Shown in pieces: positions 1 to 11,112 of a stretch of DNA of 18,400 bases. The stretch covers positions 1 to 18,400 of the forward strand of contig JAQGDQ010001994.1 of NCBI GenBank assembly GCA_030141605.1, in the 5' to 3' direction. This DNA comes from Tubiluchus corallicola. Lineage: Eukaryota > Animalia > Priapulida. Every line of letters starts with the position of its first letter. Positions within the stretch are counted from its first letter, which is position 1. The translations under genes were made by a program, and so were the position numbers. The notes under the pieces are model-generated. The model was not told the origin of the DNA. It saw only the letters and a list, made by a program, of their open reading frames with translations, and made no database searches.

Positions 1-419
1 CTAAATTGCTACTGGTATGGTTTGTTGTAATGGCAAGGTGTTGCAGAAAGAAATTCTTCCATGGGCCTTAGCGCTCTCCTAATATTACACTCTAATCCAG
101 TCCTGCCCCCCCCTTTATAATGCCTCGCTTAACGCCTAAACTTTTAGCAAAACGAAGTACTGTTCTATATTTGCATAGACATGTATGTAATGCCACTCGT
201 TGCAGTGCCAAACGCGCTACAAACTCGCCAACTTCTTTTGCATTCCAAAGTGGACGATATAATGAGATTTGACCACATTTCATTAAGAAGTGAGTAAACG
301 TATAAAAATTCGTCTGGATTAATTTATTATTTGTTACATGTTTGTTTGTTTGTTTGCCTTTTTGATTTTTCATTAATTACACTCTGTAGTCTATACCTTT
401 TGCAATTGGTTTTTAGTTT

Positions 420-620
420 AGTTATTCACTCATTCATTCATTCAAATCGGTTTTTCGTTTATTCTTTCTATCCTTCGCTCAGCATTTGCTGATTTATTTA
501 TTCAATCATTTCTTCATTCATTTATTTAAATATATTGATTGATTATTTGATTGATTGATTGATTGATTAATTAATTCATTCATTCATTCTTTCATTGATT
601 TATTAACTCATTTATTCACT
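420..620. repeat. Degenerate tetranucleotide microsatellite (TTCA)n/(TTGA)n/(TTTA)n
   Basis: Runs such as cattcattcattca and ttgattgattgattgatt are directly visible. Confidence 0.75.
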
Positions 621-702
621 TGTACATTTTTGGTTGCACATAATCTCTTGCACATATTTTCATGTTTTCTTTGTTTTTTCTTCTACTTGTCTTCTTTTTC
701 AG

Positions 703-719
703 CTGTAAAAACTGCGCAG
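703..719 (+). other. Candidate 17-nt microexon of an unidentified plus-strand gene
   Basis: A ~40-nt polypyrimidine tract ends TTTTTCAG (AG at 701-702), followed by CTGTAAAAACTGCGCAG and a strong donor CAG|GTAAGA (GT at 720-721). No transcript evidence. Confidence 0.4.
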
Positions 720-764
720 GTAAGAGCTATTTTGTTTTCGCTGATAGTCGTTTGTAGCATTTTA

Positions 765-3700
765 CTCGTTTCTTTGTGAACTTGTTCACTTCTTCGTTGT
801 TTGTCTCCTTGCTCGTTCCTTTGTGAACTTGTTCACTTCTTCATTGTTTGTGTCCTTGCTCGTTTCTTTGTGAACTTGTTCACTTCTTCATTGTTTGTCT
901 CCTTGCTCGTTTCTTTGTGAACTTGTTCACTTCTTCATTGTTTGTCTCCTTGCTCGTTTCTTTGTGAACTTGTTCACTTCTTCATTGTTTGTCTCCTTGC
1001 TCGTTTCTTTGTGAACTTGTTCACTTCTTCGTTGTTTGTCTCCTTGCTCGTTCTTTGTGAACTTGTTTACTTCTTCGTTGTTTGTCTCCTTGCTCGTTTC
1101 TTTGTGAACTTGTTCACTTCTTCGTTGTTTGTCTCCTTGCTCGTTTCTTTGTTAACTTGTTCACTTCTTCGTTGTTTGTCTCCTTGCTCGTTTCTTTGTT
1201 AACTTGTTCACTTCTTCGTTGTTTGTCTCCTTGCTCTTTTCTTTGTGAACTTGTTCACTTCTTCGTTGTTTGTCTCCTTGCTCGTTTCTTTGTGAACTTG
1301 TTCACTTCTTCGTTGTTTGTCTCCTTGCTCGTTTCTTTGTTAACTTGTTCACTTCTTCGTTGTTTGTCTCCTTGCTCGTTTCTTTGTTAACTTGTTCACT
1401 TCTTCGTTGTTTGTCTCCTTGCTCGTTTCTTTGTTAACTTGTTCACTTCTTCGTTGTTTGTCTCCTTGCTCGTTTCTTTGTTAACTTGTTCACTTCTTCG
1501 TTGTTTGTCTCTTTGCTCGTTTCTTTGTTAACTTGTTTACTTCTTCGTTGTTTGTCTCCTTGCTCGTTTCTTTGTTAACTTGTTTACTTGTTCGTTGTTT
1601 GTCTCCTTGCTCGTTTCTTTGTGAACTTGTTCACTTCTTCGTTGTTTGTCTCCTTGCTCGTTTCTTTGTTAACTTGTTCACTTCTTCGTTGTTTGTCTCT
1701 TTGCTCGTTTCTTTGTTAACTTGTTTACTTCTTCGTTATTTGTCTCATTGTTCGTTTCTTTGTTAACTTGTTTACTTGTTCGTTGTTTGTCTCCTTGCTC
1801 GTTTCTTTGTTAACTTGTTCACTTCTTCGTTGTTTGTCTCGTTGTTCGCTCCTTTGTTAACTTGTTCACTTCTTCGTTGTTTGTCTCCTTGCTCGTTTCT
1901 TTGTGAACTTGTTCACTTCTTCGTTGTTTGTCTCCTTGCTCGTTCCTTTGTTAACTTGTTCACTTCTTCGTTGTTTGTCTCTTTGTTCGTTTCTTTGTTA
2001 ACTTGTTCACTTGTTCGTTGTTTGTCTCCTTGCTCGTTTCTTTGTTAACTTGTTCACTTCTTCGTTGTTTGTCTCGTTGTTCGCTCCTTTGTTAACTTGT
2101 TCACTTCTTCGTTGTTTGTCTCCTTGCTCGTTTCTTTGTGAACTTGTTCACTTCTTCGTTGTTTGTCTCCTTGCTCGTTCCTTTGTTAACTTGTTCACTT
2201 CTTCGTTGCTTGTCTCCTTGCTCGTTTCTTTGTTAACTTGTTCACTTGTTCGTTGTTTGTCTCATTGTTCGCTCCTTTGTTAATTTGTTCACTTCTTCGA
2301 TGTTTGTCTCCTTGCTCGTTTCTTTGTTAACTTGTTCACTTCTTCGTTGTTTGTCTCTTTGCTCGTTTCTTTGTTAACTTGTTCACTTCTTCGTTGGTTG
2401 TCTCCTTGCTCGTTCTTTGTTAACTTGTTCACTTCTTCGTTGTTTGTCTCCTTGCTCGTTCTTTGTTAACTTGTTCACTTCTTCGTTGTTTGTCTCCTTG
2501 CTCGTTTTTTTGTTAACTTGTTCACTTCTTCGTTGTTTGTCTCCTTGCTCGTTCTTTGTTAACTTGTTCACTTCTTCGTTGTTTGTCTCCTTGCTCGTTC
2601 TTTGTGAACTTGTTCATTTCTTCGTTGTTTGTCTCCTTGCTCGTTCTTTGTTAACTTGTTCACTTCTTCGTTGTTTGTCTCCTGGCTCGTTTCTTTGTTA
2701 ACTTGTTCACTTCTTCGTTGTTTGTCTCCTTGCTCGTTTCTTTGTGAACTTGTTCATTTCTTCGTTGTTTGTCTCCTTGCTCGTTTCTTTGTTAACTTGT
2801 TCATTTCTTCGTTGTTTGTCTCCTTGCTCGTTTTTTTGTTAACTTGTTCACTTCTTCGTTGTTTGTCTCCTTGCTCGTTCTTTGTAAACTTGTTCACTTC
2901 TTCGTTGTTTGTCTCCTTGCTCGTTTCTTTGTGAACTTGTTCATTTCTTCGTTGTTTGTCTCCTTGCTCGTTTCTTTGTTAACTTGTTCATTTCTTCGTT
3001 GTTTGTCTCCTTGCTCGTTTTTTTGTTAACTTGTTCACTTCTTCGTTGTTTGTCTCCTTGCTCGTTCTTTGTTAACTTGTTCACTTCTTCGTTGTTTGTC
3101 TCCTGGCTCGTTTCTTTGTTAACTTGTTCACTTCTTCGTTGTTTGTCTCCTTGCTCGTTTCTTTGTGAACTTGTTCACTTCTTCGTTGTTTGTCTCGTTG
3201 CTCGTTTCTTTGTTAACTTGTTCACTTCTTCGTTGTTTGTCTCCTTGCTCGTTTCTTTGTTAACTTGTTCACTTCTTCGTTGTTTGTCTCCTTGCTCGTT
3301 CTTTGTTAACTTGTTCACTTCTTCGTTGTTTGTCTCCTGGCTCGTTTCTTTGTTAACTTGTTCACTTCTTCGTTGTTTGTCTCCTTGCTCGTTCTTTGTG
3401 AACTTGTTCACTTCTTCGTTGTTTGTCTCCTTGCTCGTTTCTTTGTGAACTTGTTCACTTCTTCGTTGTTTGTCTCCTTGCTCGTTTCTTTGTTAACTTG
3501 TTCACTTCTTCGTTGTTTGTCTCCTTGCTCGTTTTTTTGTTAACTTGTTCACTTCTTCGTTGTTTGTCTCCTTGCTCGTTCTTTGTTAACTTGTTTACTT
3601 CTTCGTTGTTTGTCTCCTTGCTCGTTTCTTTGTGAACTTGTTTACTTCTTCGTTGTTTGTCTCCTTGCTCGTTTCTTTGTGAACTTGTTTACTTGTTCGT

Positions 3701-4450
3701 TGTTTGTCTCCTTGCTCGCTCTTTGTGAACTTGTTCACTTCTTCGTTTTTTGTCTCCTTGCTCGTTTCTTTGTTAACTTGTTCACTTCTGTGTTGTTTGT
3801 CTCCTTGCTCGTTTCTTTGTTAACTTGTTCACTTCTTCGTTGTTTGTCTCCTTGCTCGTTTCTTTGTGAACTTGTTTACTTGTTCGTTGTTTGTCTCCTT
3901 GCTCGTTCTTTGTGAACTTGTTTACTTGTTCGTTGTTTGTCTCCTTGCTCGTTCTTTGTTAACTTGTTCACTTGTTCGTTGTTTGTCTCCTGGCTCGTTT
4001 CTTTGTTAACTTGTTCACTTCTTCGTTTTTTGTCTCCTTGCTCGTTTCTTTGTGAACTTGTTCACTTCTTCGTTGTTTGTCTCCTTGCTCGTTCCTTTGT
4101 TAACTTGTTCACTTCTTCGTTGTTTGTCTCCTGGCTCGTTTCTTTGTTAACTTGTTCACTTCTTCGTTGTTTGTCTCCTTGCTCGTTTCTTTGTAACTTG
4201 TTACTTTTGTTGTTTGTTTTGTGTTTTTTGTTTGTTTTTTGTGTTTGTTTGTTTTTTGTTTTGTTTTTTGTTTTTTGTTTTGTGTTTTTTGTGTTGTTTT
4301 TTGTTGTTTGTTTTGTGTTTTGTTTTGTTTTTTCGTTGTTTGTCTCCTTGCTCGTTTCTTTGTGAACTTGTTCACTTCTTCGTTGTTTGTCTCCTTGCTC
4401 GTTTCTTTGTTAACTTGTTCACTTGTTTGTTGTTTGTCTCACTGCGCGTT
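765..4450. repeat. 47-bp tandem array (minisatellite/satellite), about 78 units
   Basis: Unit CTCGTTTCTTTGT(G/T)AACTTGTTCACTTCTTCGTTGTTTGTCTCCTTG is repeated head to tail with 46-bp variants and no unique spacers. It explains all ORFs between 942 and 4577. Confidence 0.97.
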
Positions 4451-4677
4451 AATGTGTTTATTTGTTTATTCGACCGTTCATAAACTAAGGTTCATAAACT
4501 ATTTGCTGCTAATGATTGCAATAAATGTGACATCTCAACTCATTGATCATATCGCATGCGTCACTCCATTAATATAATGATGAAGGTTTAATTACACGAT
4601 CGAGCCATGTGGCCAGTCAATCAACAAATCACGTTCTTGGCTTGTGATATCAAGTTTTATGACACGCGTCATTCTCT

Positions 4678-4981
4678 GGAACGTCAAAGTGGAATTTAAT
4701 GCTTATTTTTAATATTCATGAATCACTTATGATTGTTAATAAACCGGTTTTGAATATTCGTAATTCGTTTTTATATTACTAAATCAATTTTGTATACTTT
4801 TTATAAATTATTGACACTAAAAATCAGTAATGAATACTCATTAATGATTTATTAATATTAATAAATACGTGATTTTTTAATATTCAAACACGATTTATTA
4901 TTATTAAGAAATGAATTGTGAGTATTCAAAATTGATTCATTAATATTCGAAAATAAGTATTAAATTCCACTTTGGCGTTCC
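4678..4981. mobile_element. MITE / non-autonomous DNA transposon with ~48-bp terminal inverted repeats
   Basis: Left end GGAACGTCAAAGTGGAATTTAATGCTTATTTTTAATATTCATGAATCA (4678-4725). Reverse complement of the right end (4933-4981) is GGAACGCCAAAGTGGAATTTAATACTTATTTTCGAATATTAATGAATCA. The interior is AT-rich and non-coding. TSD unclear (TA on the right only). Confidence 0.8.
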
Positions 4982-5027
4982 GTAATATTCACACTTGTCA
5001 CGGTGTGGCAGCGGACTCTGGAATGAC

Positions 5028-5046
5028 TATCGCCAGATGGCGCTAC
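5028..5046 (+). promoter_or_regulatory. CTCF-like binding motif
   Basis: TATCGCCAGATGGCGCTAC resembles the bilaterian CTCF core CCAG(A/G)(T/G)GGCGC. Motif match only. Confidence 0.3.
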
Positions 5047-5404
5047 GCATGCACGAGTCTCAAACTCTCCCTCGTTTTGACGCTTCTCCACTGGGTGGCT
5101 GCTCCCTGTGGTTTTAATTTTTCTTTATGTGGGTTCCAATTAATTTGTTGTTTAATTAGGTGTCAGGCTCAGTTTAATACTTTGTGTTTCGGTTTTCGCT
5201 GCTGCCTCATAAGTCATCATCTTGTTCACTGATTTATCTTGGTCGCACTAACTTGTTTCTATCCCGAGTGAGTCGCAGATTTCGCATTTAAGATTCTTGT
5301 CAGTTGTCTGCGTGTTGGCTCAATTACATTATGCCATACTATTGTTTAAACTGAGGTGTTGGTACGTCAAGAAATGTTCAGCTCATTTTTTAGCTTTTTA
5401 ACTA

Positions 5405-5436
5405 CTATATAATAAATAAATATATATATATATAAG

Positions 5437-5481
<45 letters not shown>

Positions 5482-5575
5482 CGTGCGTGCGTGTGCGTAT
5501 GCGTGTGTGTATGTATGTATATATGTATGTATATGTATAAATATATATATTTCTTTATATATACATACATACATA
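5405..5575. repeat. Compound microsatellite (TA)n-(TG)n-(TGCG)n-(TATG)n
   Basis: Directly visible. It generates the spurious CVCV and HTHT ORFs. Confidence 0.92.
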
Positions 5576-5641
5576 ACATTCAATTTAAAGTATATTATAG
5601 CAGTGATAATACTGCTTATTACACCCTCCCTTCTCTGTCCC

Positions 5642-5795
<154 letters not shown>

Positions 5796-6537
5796 CCCTC
5801 TGTCTTTTTGCTGTCTTTATCTATTCACACTCTCCTCTTTTTTCCTATCTCAGGTGAGGTCTTCATTATGAACAATAAGAGTGAACATAATGACACCGAT
5901 GTTCTTTTAGACAAATTAAAGTGTTTTTTCCGCATTTTGATCACATTTATATGCGTCAAATGTCGGTGCAGATAATGATTTCAGTTTTATAAAGTCTACT
6001 AACTAAGAACCGGATGATAGATCATCAATTTTTCTTTTCTGCCAACAGGCAGTGGACGTACCAATAGTTTATACAGATTAATATTGTATAATGTCTGACA
6101 GGAGGGAGCATTTAAACTACACTTTCAAAATCAGAAAATTTTTCTCTTTGAAATAAGACTGCGTATCAAATCAATTTGCAAAGTAGCCGTGATTAACCCA
6201 TTTAAAAATTTGAAACCTATTACTTTAAGTCGCCAACTTGTGCGATTTTATCTTTGGCCGTTGCATGTGGATCTCTGAGTCTGTGATTGTGAAGCAACAT
6301 GTTTTAAAAATCAGTCAACTAGCTACGCTGCTTTAATTTCTGTTTTGTCTTGAGAACTACTTCCGTCAAAAACTTCCACGGGTGGTATACCCGTCAACGC
6401 CTATAGTTACAGATTAATACAAGAAATAGTGTCGGGCTTTGAACATCGGATACTACATATCTCTGCTAGTCTTTAGTAACTTCTTCCATTCAAAACTAAG
6501 TGTCGTCGAGTGCCGCTATTGTCTAGACTGAAACTTG

Positions 6538-6623
6538 TGTTTTAAACATCAAAAGGTCGAGTTCGGAGATCGGATCTCCTATGTTTTGAACATCAAAAGG
6601 TTGAGTTGGGAGATCGGATCTAC
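6538..6623. repeat. Two-copy 44-bp tandem duplication
   Basis: TGTTTT(A/G)AACATCAAAAGGT(C/T)GAGTT(C/G)GGAGATCGGATCT starts at 6538 and at 6582. Copy 1 ends in the palindrome GGAGATC-G-GATCTCC. Confidence 0.8.
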
Positions 6624-7104
6624 CTGTCGCTCCCGCCTCGCAAACGGGCGCCTGCACAGTTACAGCTGGGTTCATCACAGTGTAGATCATAGCTTACCCT
6701 CTATTATCTATTCTGTGGGTCTCCAGTTCACAGCTGGCTGTACCATGCACCTTGTGACTTACAACAGTGAAGGGCTGATCGTTGAAAGGATGAGCCCTTG
6801 CTGAGGCAACATTTGCTTGACTGAAGAAGCAAGGATCTATCCCAACTCTCCCCAATAAACTTAGTCTTACCAACATGTATATAGGAGCATTTAACTTCTA
6901 AAATAACAACTTGTGGCGTGTTAGTTGCAACGAGCAAGTTATTTGCCGCGTTGTTATCCAGTTGCTACCGTAGCCAGTCAAGGCTGAGAATTGTGACATC
7001 TGTCGGCAAAAATTCGTACTAAACATGTGTTTAAAATTAACAGCAATCAGAGCAGAATTTTATTGTCTTATCCAGTGAAATTTCCTAGGCAATCTTAGAA
7101 AACA

Positions 7105-7343
7105 CAGTGCGTAGCCGGATTTTCAAATGCTTGTAAAAATTAAAAAATTATTCAACCCTTTTGTTAGACCGAAAATTCAATAAATTTGATTACTGCATTC
7201 CGTAGACGATTCTGTCCGAGTCACATAAGCCCTTCTAACATCTTTGAGCCATGATTATAACCAGAAATACAGCATAAAGTTAACTATTTCTTTCAGAATA
7301 CCAATATTACATTGATACGCATTATAAATTTTGGCTACACTTG
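7105..7343. mobile_element. Degenerate MITE-like element with short imperfect TIRs
   Basis: CAGTGCGTAGCCGGATTTT (7105-7123) versus AAATTTTGGCTACACTTG (7326-7343; reverse complement CAAGTGTAGCCAAAATTT). Resembles CAG-starting hAT-type MITE ends. No TSD found. Confidence 0.4.
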
Positions 7344-7947
7344 AAATAAGACACCGCAGTGATCTTATTGATATTGTACTACAGGGTAATACTCTTCGGT
7401 AACTAAACAAAAGTCTTTAATTGCTTTATGTTGTCAATATGATCCATAATGTGTTTTTTGTTGAGCCAATGGTGCACGCTGGAATCGTGCAGTGACGTTT
7501 ACCAGTTGGCACGTATAGCGGATCTGTTTAGTTTTGGTGTGTGTATTCAATAATGGTCGCAATAAAGATGTTATAGTTTAATGTCATAATGTCATAATAT
7601 ATCAAATAAGCCTTTTCACAGTTTCGTTGTGTGCACACTCAATTGCTGTAGGTCAAAGATTGAATGTACCACACAAACGCGTTTTAACTACAACCGTCAA
7701 GTCACATGTGGGTAAAACAAAGTCTTCGGCCGCATCAGTTCAGTAACTTCAATTGTTTTACGTGGACTTTATTTAATTATGCATTAGTCTGTGCGTAGTG
7801 CGATTTTACTAGCAGGATCTTGCTTCGGAACAAGAAAAAATAACTAGGTAAGATTCTAGCTACCTGTTAAAACTGTTACTATTACAATAGCGAGGCATTG
7901 TCAAGTGTACGCAAATGCGTTATCTGGTACACTTAACATTTGACCTG

Positions 7948-8216
7948 TTCACGATCACCATCAATCGCTGGAATTAAACTGATAACATTAATGCCCACCA
8001 GTGTCTAAAAATCATTTTATCTATATTCGGTAAAGGATAGCAGACTAGGTGACTTTATACTCTTTTCGCAATCCTTTCTCTAGTTCTAGATCTATCTATA
8101 CATTTTAACCATTATTCAAAACTTATTAGAAATTCTTTTATTAATCATGTTTTATTGTAGCATTATAAAGAGATAAATAAATTAAAATTAAATTGAATTG
8201 AAGTTGAATTGAATTG
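7948..8216 (+). mobile_element. Highly degraded LINE (CR1/L2-group) 3' end remnant
   Basis: Frame from 7948 reads FTITINRWN*, similar to the ORF2 C-terminal FxxRxIxxWNxLP motif. An AT-rich UTR, AATAAA and an (AATTG)n tail at 8191-8216 follow. Confidence 0.3.
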
Positions 8217-8664
8217 TGAAAATTGGCTTATTATTAAGAACTTTCTTTTTCAATCATGTAAGTCTTTCAAACAGATAAGGACAATTCTAAGTCATAAATT
8301 TGCGTGGAAAGTTTTCTGTGACATATTATAAAAATAAAACACATGTGTCACATTAATATGCATTATCTGATACAGGAATCCTAATTGCACAAAAGCTAAT
8401 GTGAAGAAGAGCCACTCGGTACCTGAAACGACAATGTTTTAATGCGATCGCCAGAGGCATTGCATCTAATACAAAACATACACCACTAGGAGGTTTCTTA
8501 ATGAAGATGACTTCAACTAAAAACCTAAGACCATGCGTGGCTTCAAATTTCTAAACTGTAATGTTAGAATAACCGTGTTTCATATATGTTGTTATGTTAG
8601 GATGTGGATGTAACGTGCATATAACGTTAGGTTGTAACGGATATATGGAATTTGATGCAAATAT

Positions 8665-8854
8665 ATAGTATAGTACCGTACCGTACCGTACAGTACAGTA
8701 CCGCACCGCACCGCATCGCACCGCACCGTACAGCACAGCACCGTACCGTAGCGTGCCGTACAGCACAGCACAGCGCAGCACAGCATAGCACAGCACCGCA
8801 CCTCACCGCACCGCACCGCACCGTACAGCACAGCGCAGTACAGCACAGCACGGT
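8665..8854. repeat. Mixed pentanucleotide microsatellite (GTATA/GTACC/GTACA/GCACC/GCACA)
   Basis: A 5-bp period is kept through about 38 variant units. It explains the ORFs at 8551-8873. Confidence 0.9.
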
Positions 8855-9098
8855 ATACGAATTCTACAGCTGACGATTAAAACTGCAAAAAGACGTTTTT
8901 AAAATCTTTATGCTTATAAAGCTAACTAAAAATGTAATAATTAAACAATGGAACTAGATAACATCAAAGCGAACTGTAAGCTAACACGATCATCAAACTT
9001 GTTGATTATACTTGCTTGAACTGTTGTGAAAATTTAATTGAATGAAATTCAATTGATTCTGTAATATTGAGCTGAACAGGTGAATGTACATTTTTATT

Positions 9099-9202
9099 CA
9101 TAGGCACCAGGCCAACCAACCTACAGGTAATGTTTTGACCTCCACTTTAAACTAGGAAGCCCATAACATTACCTACGATTGGTTGAGCAGTGGTTTCCTG
9201 TG
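9099..9202. repeat. Imperfect ~104-bp palindrome (small fold-back MITE-like element)
   Basis: Arms pair as CATAGG/CCTGTG, CAACCAA/TTGGTTG and AGGTAATGTT/AACATTACCT around a short central loop. Confidence 0.7.
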
Positions 9203-10304
9203 GAAAGAACGCAACACGTGACATCGTCAGTTGTCTTCTGGTTGTCGTGGCATGCTCCTCTCCTGTCTGCCCGCCGAGTGTCGTTGATTCTGTTAAGGTT
9301 TGAACCATTGTCATCAAGTTTTTTTTATTTTTGTGCTCTTCTCAGTCGTCCCTTTTGATTTCTATGTTTTAGTTTTTCGTTTCTTTTTTTAAAATTTCTG
9401 AAGTGTCCGTTACGCAGCGCATACCCGCATCACCGTGGCGGGCCGTAAGGCTATCTACCGGGCCGAACCCGGAACAATATTATGAATCGTGGGATTTGGG
9501 AACCTTTTTGTCACATAAATCATGAATAAAGAATACGTGAAGAAGATGGACTGCTCAAAACAAAATGATTTTTTTCCAAATGGACCGCCCTCGATGTAGG
9601 CTTATATTTTGTTTAATTAACGAATTGAAATTAATTAGTTCAACTCTACTAAAGTGTGTCAAATAAGCCAGTGAAGTTCTGAAAAGCATAGATATACTCG
9701 TATTGCTGATTGCTTGCTTTTGTGATAGAATTTACTGTGGTGTCATTTAAATAAAAACACTACATTAATATTCCTTGAATTATTTAGAAGTATGACTGGC
9801 CCCGCATATTTGCAATATTGTCTAGTTATTTCACATATCGCAATGTTCATCATGTTTCATGTGACAGGCTTGTGGGCATCATGTTAAGAAAATGCTGCTG
9901 GTTTAATAATTCGATTAAGCTAGGCAGCTATGCAGTTCCCTAATTATTAAGCGAGCCCCTTTGCTTCCTACTCACCCCCCCACCCTGCTTTAAATCACAA
10001 GTTTTTTTATTGTTGCGGTGCTGAGAATGTTTCGCAAGGAACATGTATCAGGCCCGCAAACTTTAAAGCAAAAATATGATTCCAAGCGATGCAGCACAGC
10101 AAGAGTGACAGAACTATTGATGAGTTTACTTTCCTGCACCACAAGGTGTCGCGTAACGTAATCACATAATCACTCAAACAGCAAGCACCTCTCTTTAATT
10201 ATGTCACCTTAGCTTATACCTTATGGAAAATGTCACATAACAAATAATGCTTGCCATGTCAACGCTTTATAATTTGAACATGTTTGTCTCAACAATGAAA
10301 CACG

Positions 10305-10598
10305 TGATAGGCGAATGCAAGATTATGTTATTTATGTGCCCTAAGAATAGAATTCAGAAACTATTAATGTAAGTATAGTTCTTCCCTCTGGAATGAAATG
10401 ACACTTTATTAAATACCGTGAATAGTTTTTGAATAGCAGTATATGCAGCTTGATAGGCGAATGCAAGATTATGTTATTTATGTGCCCTAAGAATAGAATT
10501 CAGAAACTATTAATGTAAGTATAGTTCTTCCCTCTGGAATGAAATGACACTTTATTAAATACCGTGAATAGTTTTTGAATAGCAGTATATGCAGCTTG
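10305..10598. repeat. Perfect 146-bp tandem direct duplication
   Basis: 10305-10450 is identical by eye to 10451-10596, with a 2-bp TG microhomology at the junction. Confidence 0.95.
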
Positions 10599-10724
10599 TT
10601 TGTATCTGTGGAGGGTTTGCATGAGTTTCTTCAGAAAAGTTCTGATGACGTCATCTCTATATTCGTTCCCACAAATGCGTTTAGTTAAGTTTTGGAAACA
10701 AACAGAAACCAGACGAATGGGGAG

Positions 10725-10870
10725 CATAGACGGATCCAGGATCTTTGAAAGGGAGGGGTCAAAATGTGACAAAACACAAAGGCAGGTGCGGAGCTCGGGA
10801 TAAACCAGTGTAGCTTTCCAAGCCACTCAGCTATGGGGTCTGGAGAAAACGCATTTTCTTTCATTTTAGC
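10725..10870 (+). mobile_element. Possible MITE left-end remnant
   Basis: CATAGACGGATCCAGGATCTTTGAAAGGGAGGGG, later GGGGTCTGG...AAACGCATTTT, resembles the common invertebrate CAGGGGCGGATCCAGGATTT-type MITE end (recognised from memory). No matching right TIR. Confidence 0.3.
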
Positions 10871-11112
10871 CCATTTTTCATACTTCCGAAGCAGACTTGG
10901 TGATAAAATTTTAAAAAAGTATTGGAGTTGTTGAGTTTGTAGTTATAATAACGGTAATATAACTGTTACTGTGCAACAATGCTGACTATAGAAACTTCTC
11001 TTCGCTACACTTGAAAGAACTTTTTTGTTTGGTCTATAAATTATGTGAACTCTCTCCCGCAACAGAACCGGTCGAAATAGCGCTCTTTCTTAATCATGTA
11101 TTATGGTACATT

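Noticed and set aside
60-105. TAATCCAGTCCTG as the right TIR of a CAGGGCCGGATTA-type MITE
   Set aside because: The partner end would lie outside the window, so it cannot be verified.
92-373. 93-aa minus-strand ORF as a downstream GPCR exon
   Set aside because: No transmembrane segment or class A motif, and the start lies in low-complexity sequence.
765-4577. CRISPR array or repetitive membrane-protein ORFs
   Set aside because: The repeats are contiguous with no unique spacers, there are no cas genes, and the context is eukaryotic. The ORFs are frame-cycling translations of the 47-bp unit.
4996-5370. Solo LTR starting TGTCACG
   Set aside because: No matching CA terminus, TSD, PBS or PPT identified.
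6765-6805. SECIS-like hairpin GTGAAGGGCT...AAA...AGCCCTT
   Set aside because: The 3' side lacks the GA needed for the non-Watson-Crick quartet, and there is no selenoprotein context.
6871-6897. 27-nt minus-strand exon (EVKCSYIHV) as the next GPCR exon supplying Cys3.25
   Set aside because: Splice signals and phase are compatible, but no following TM3/DRY exon is visible and a chance match is likely in 13 kb.
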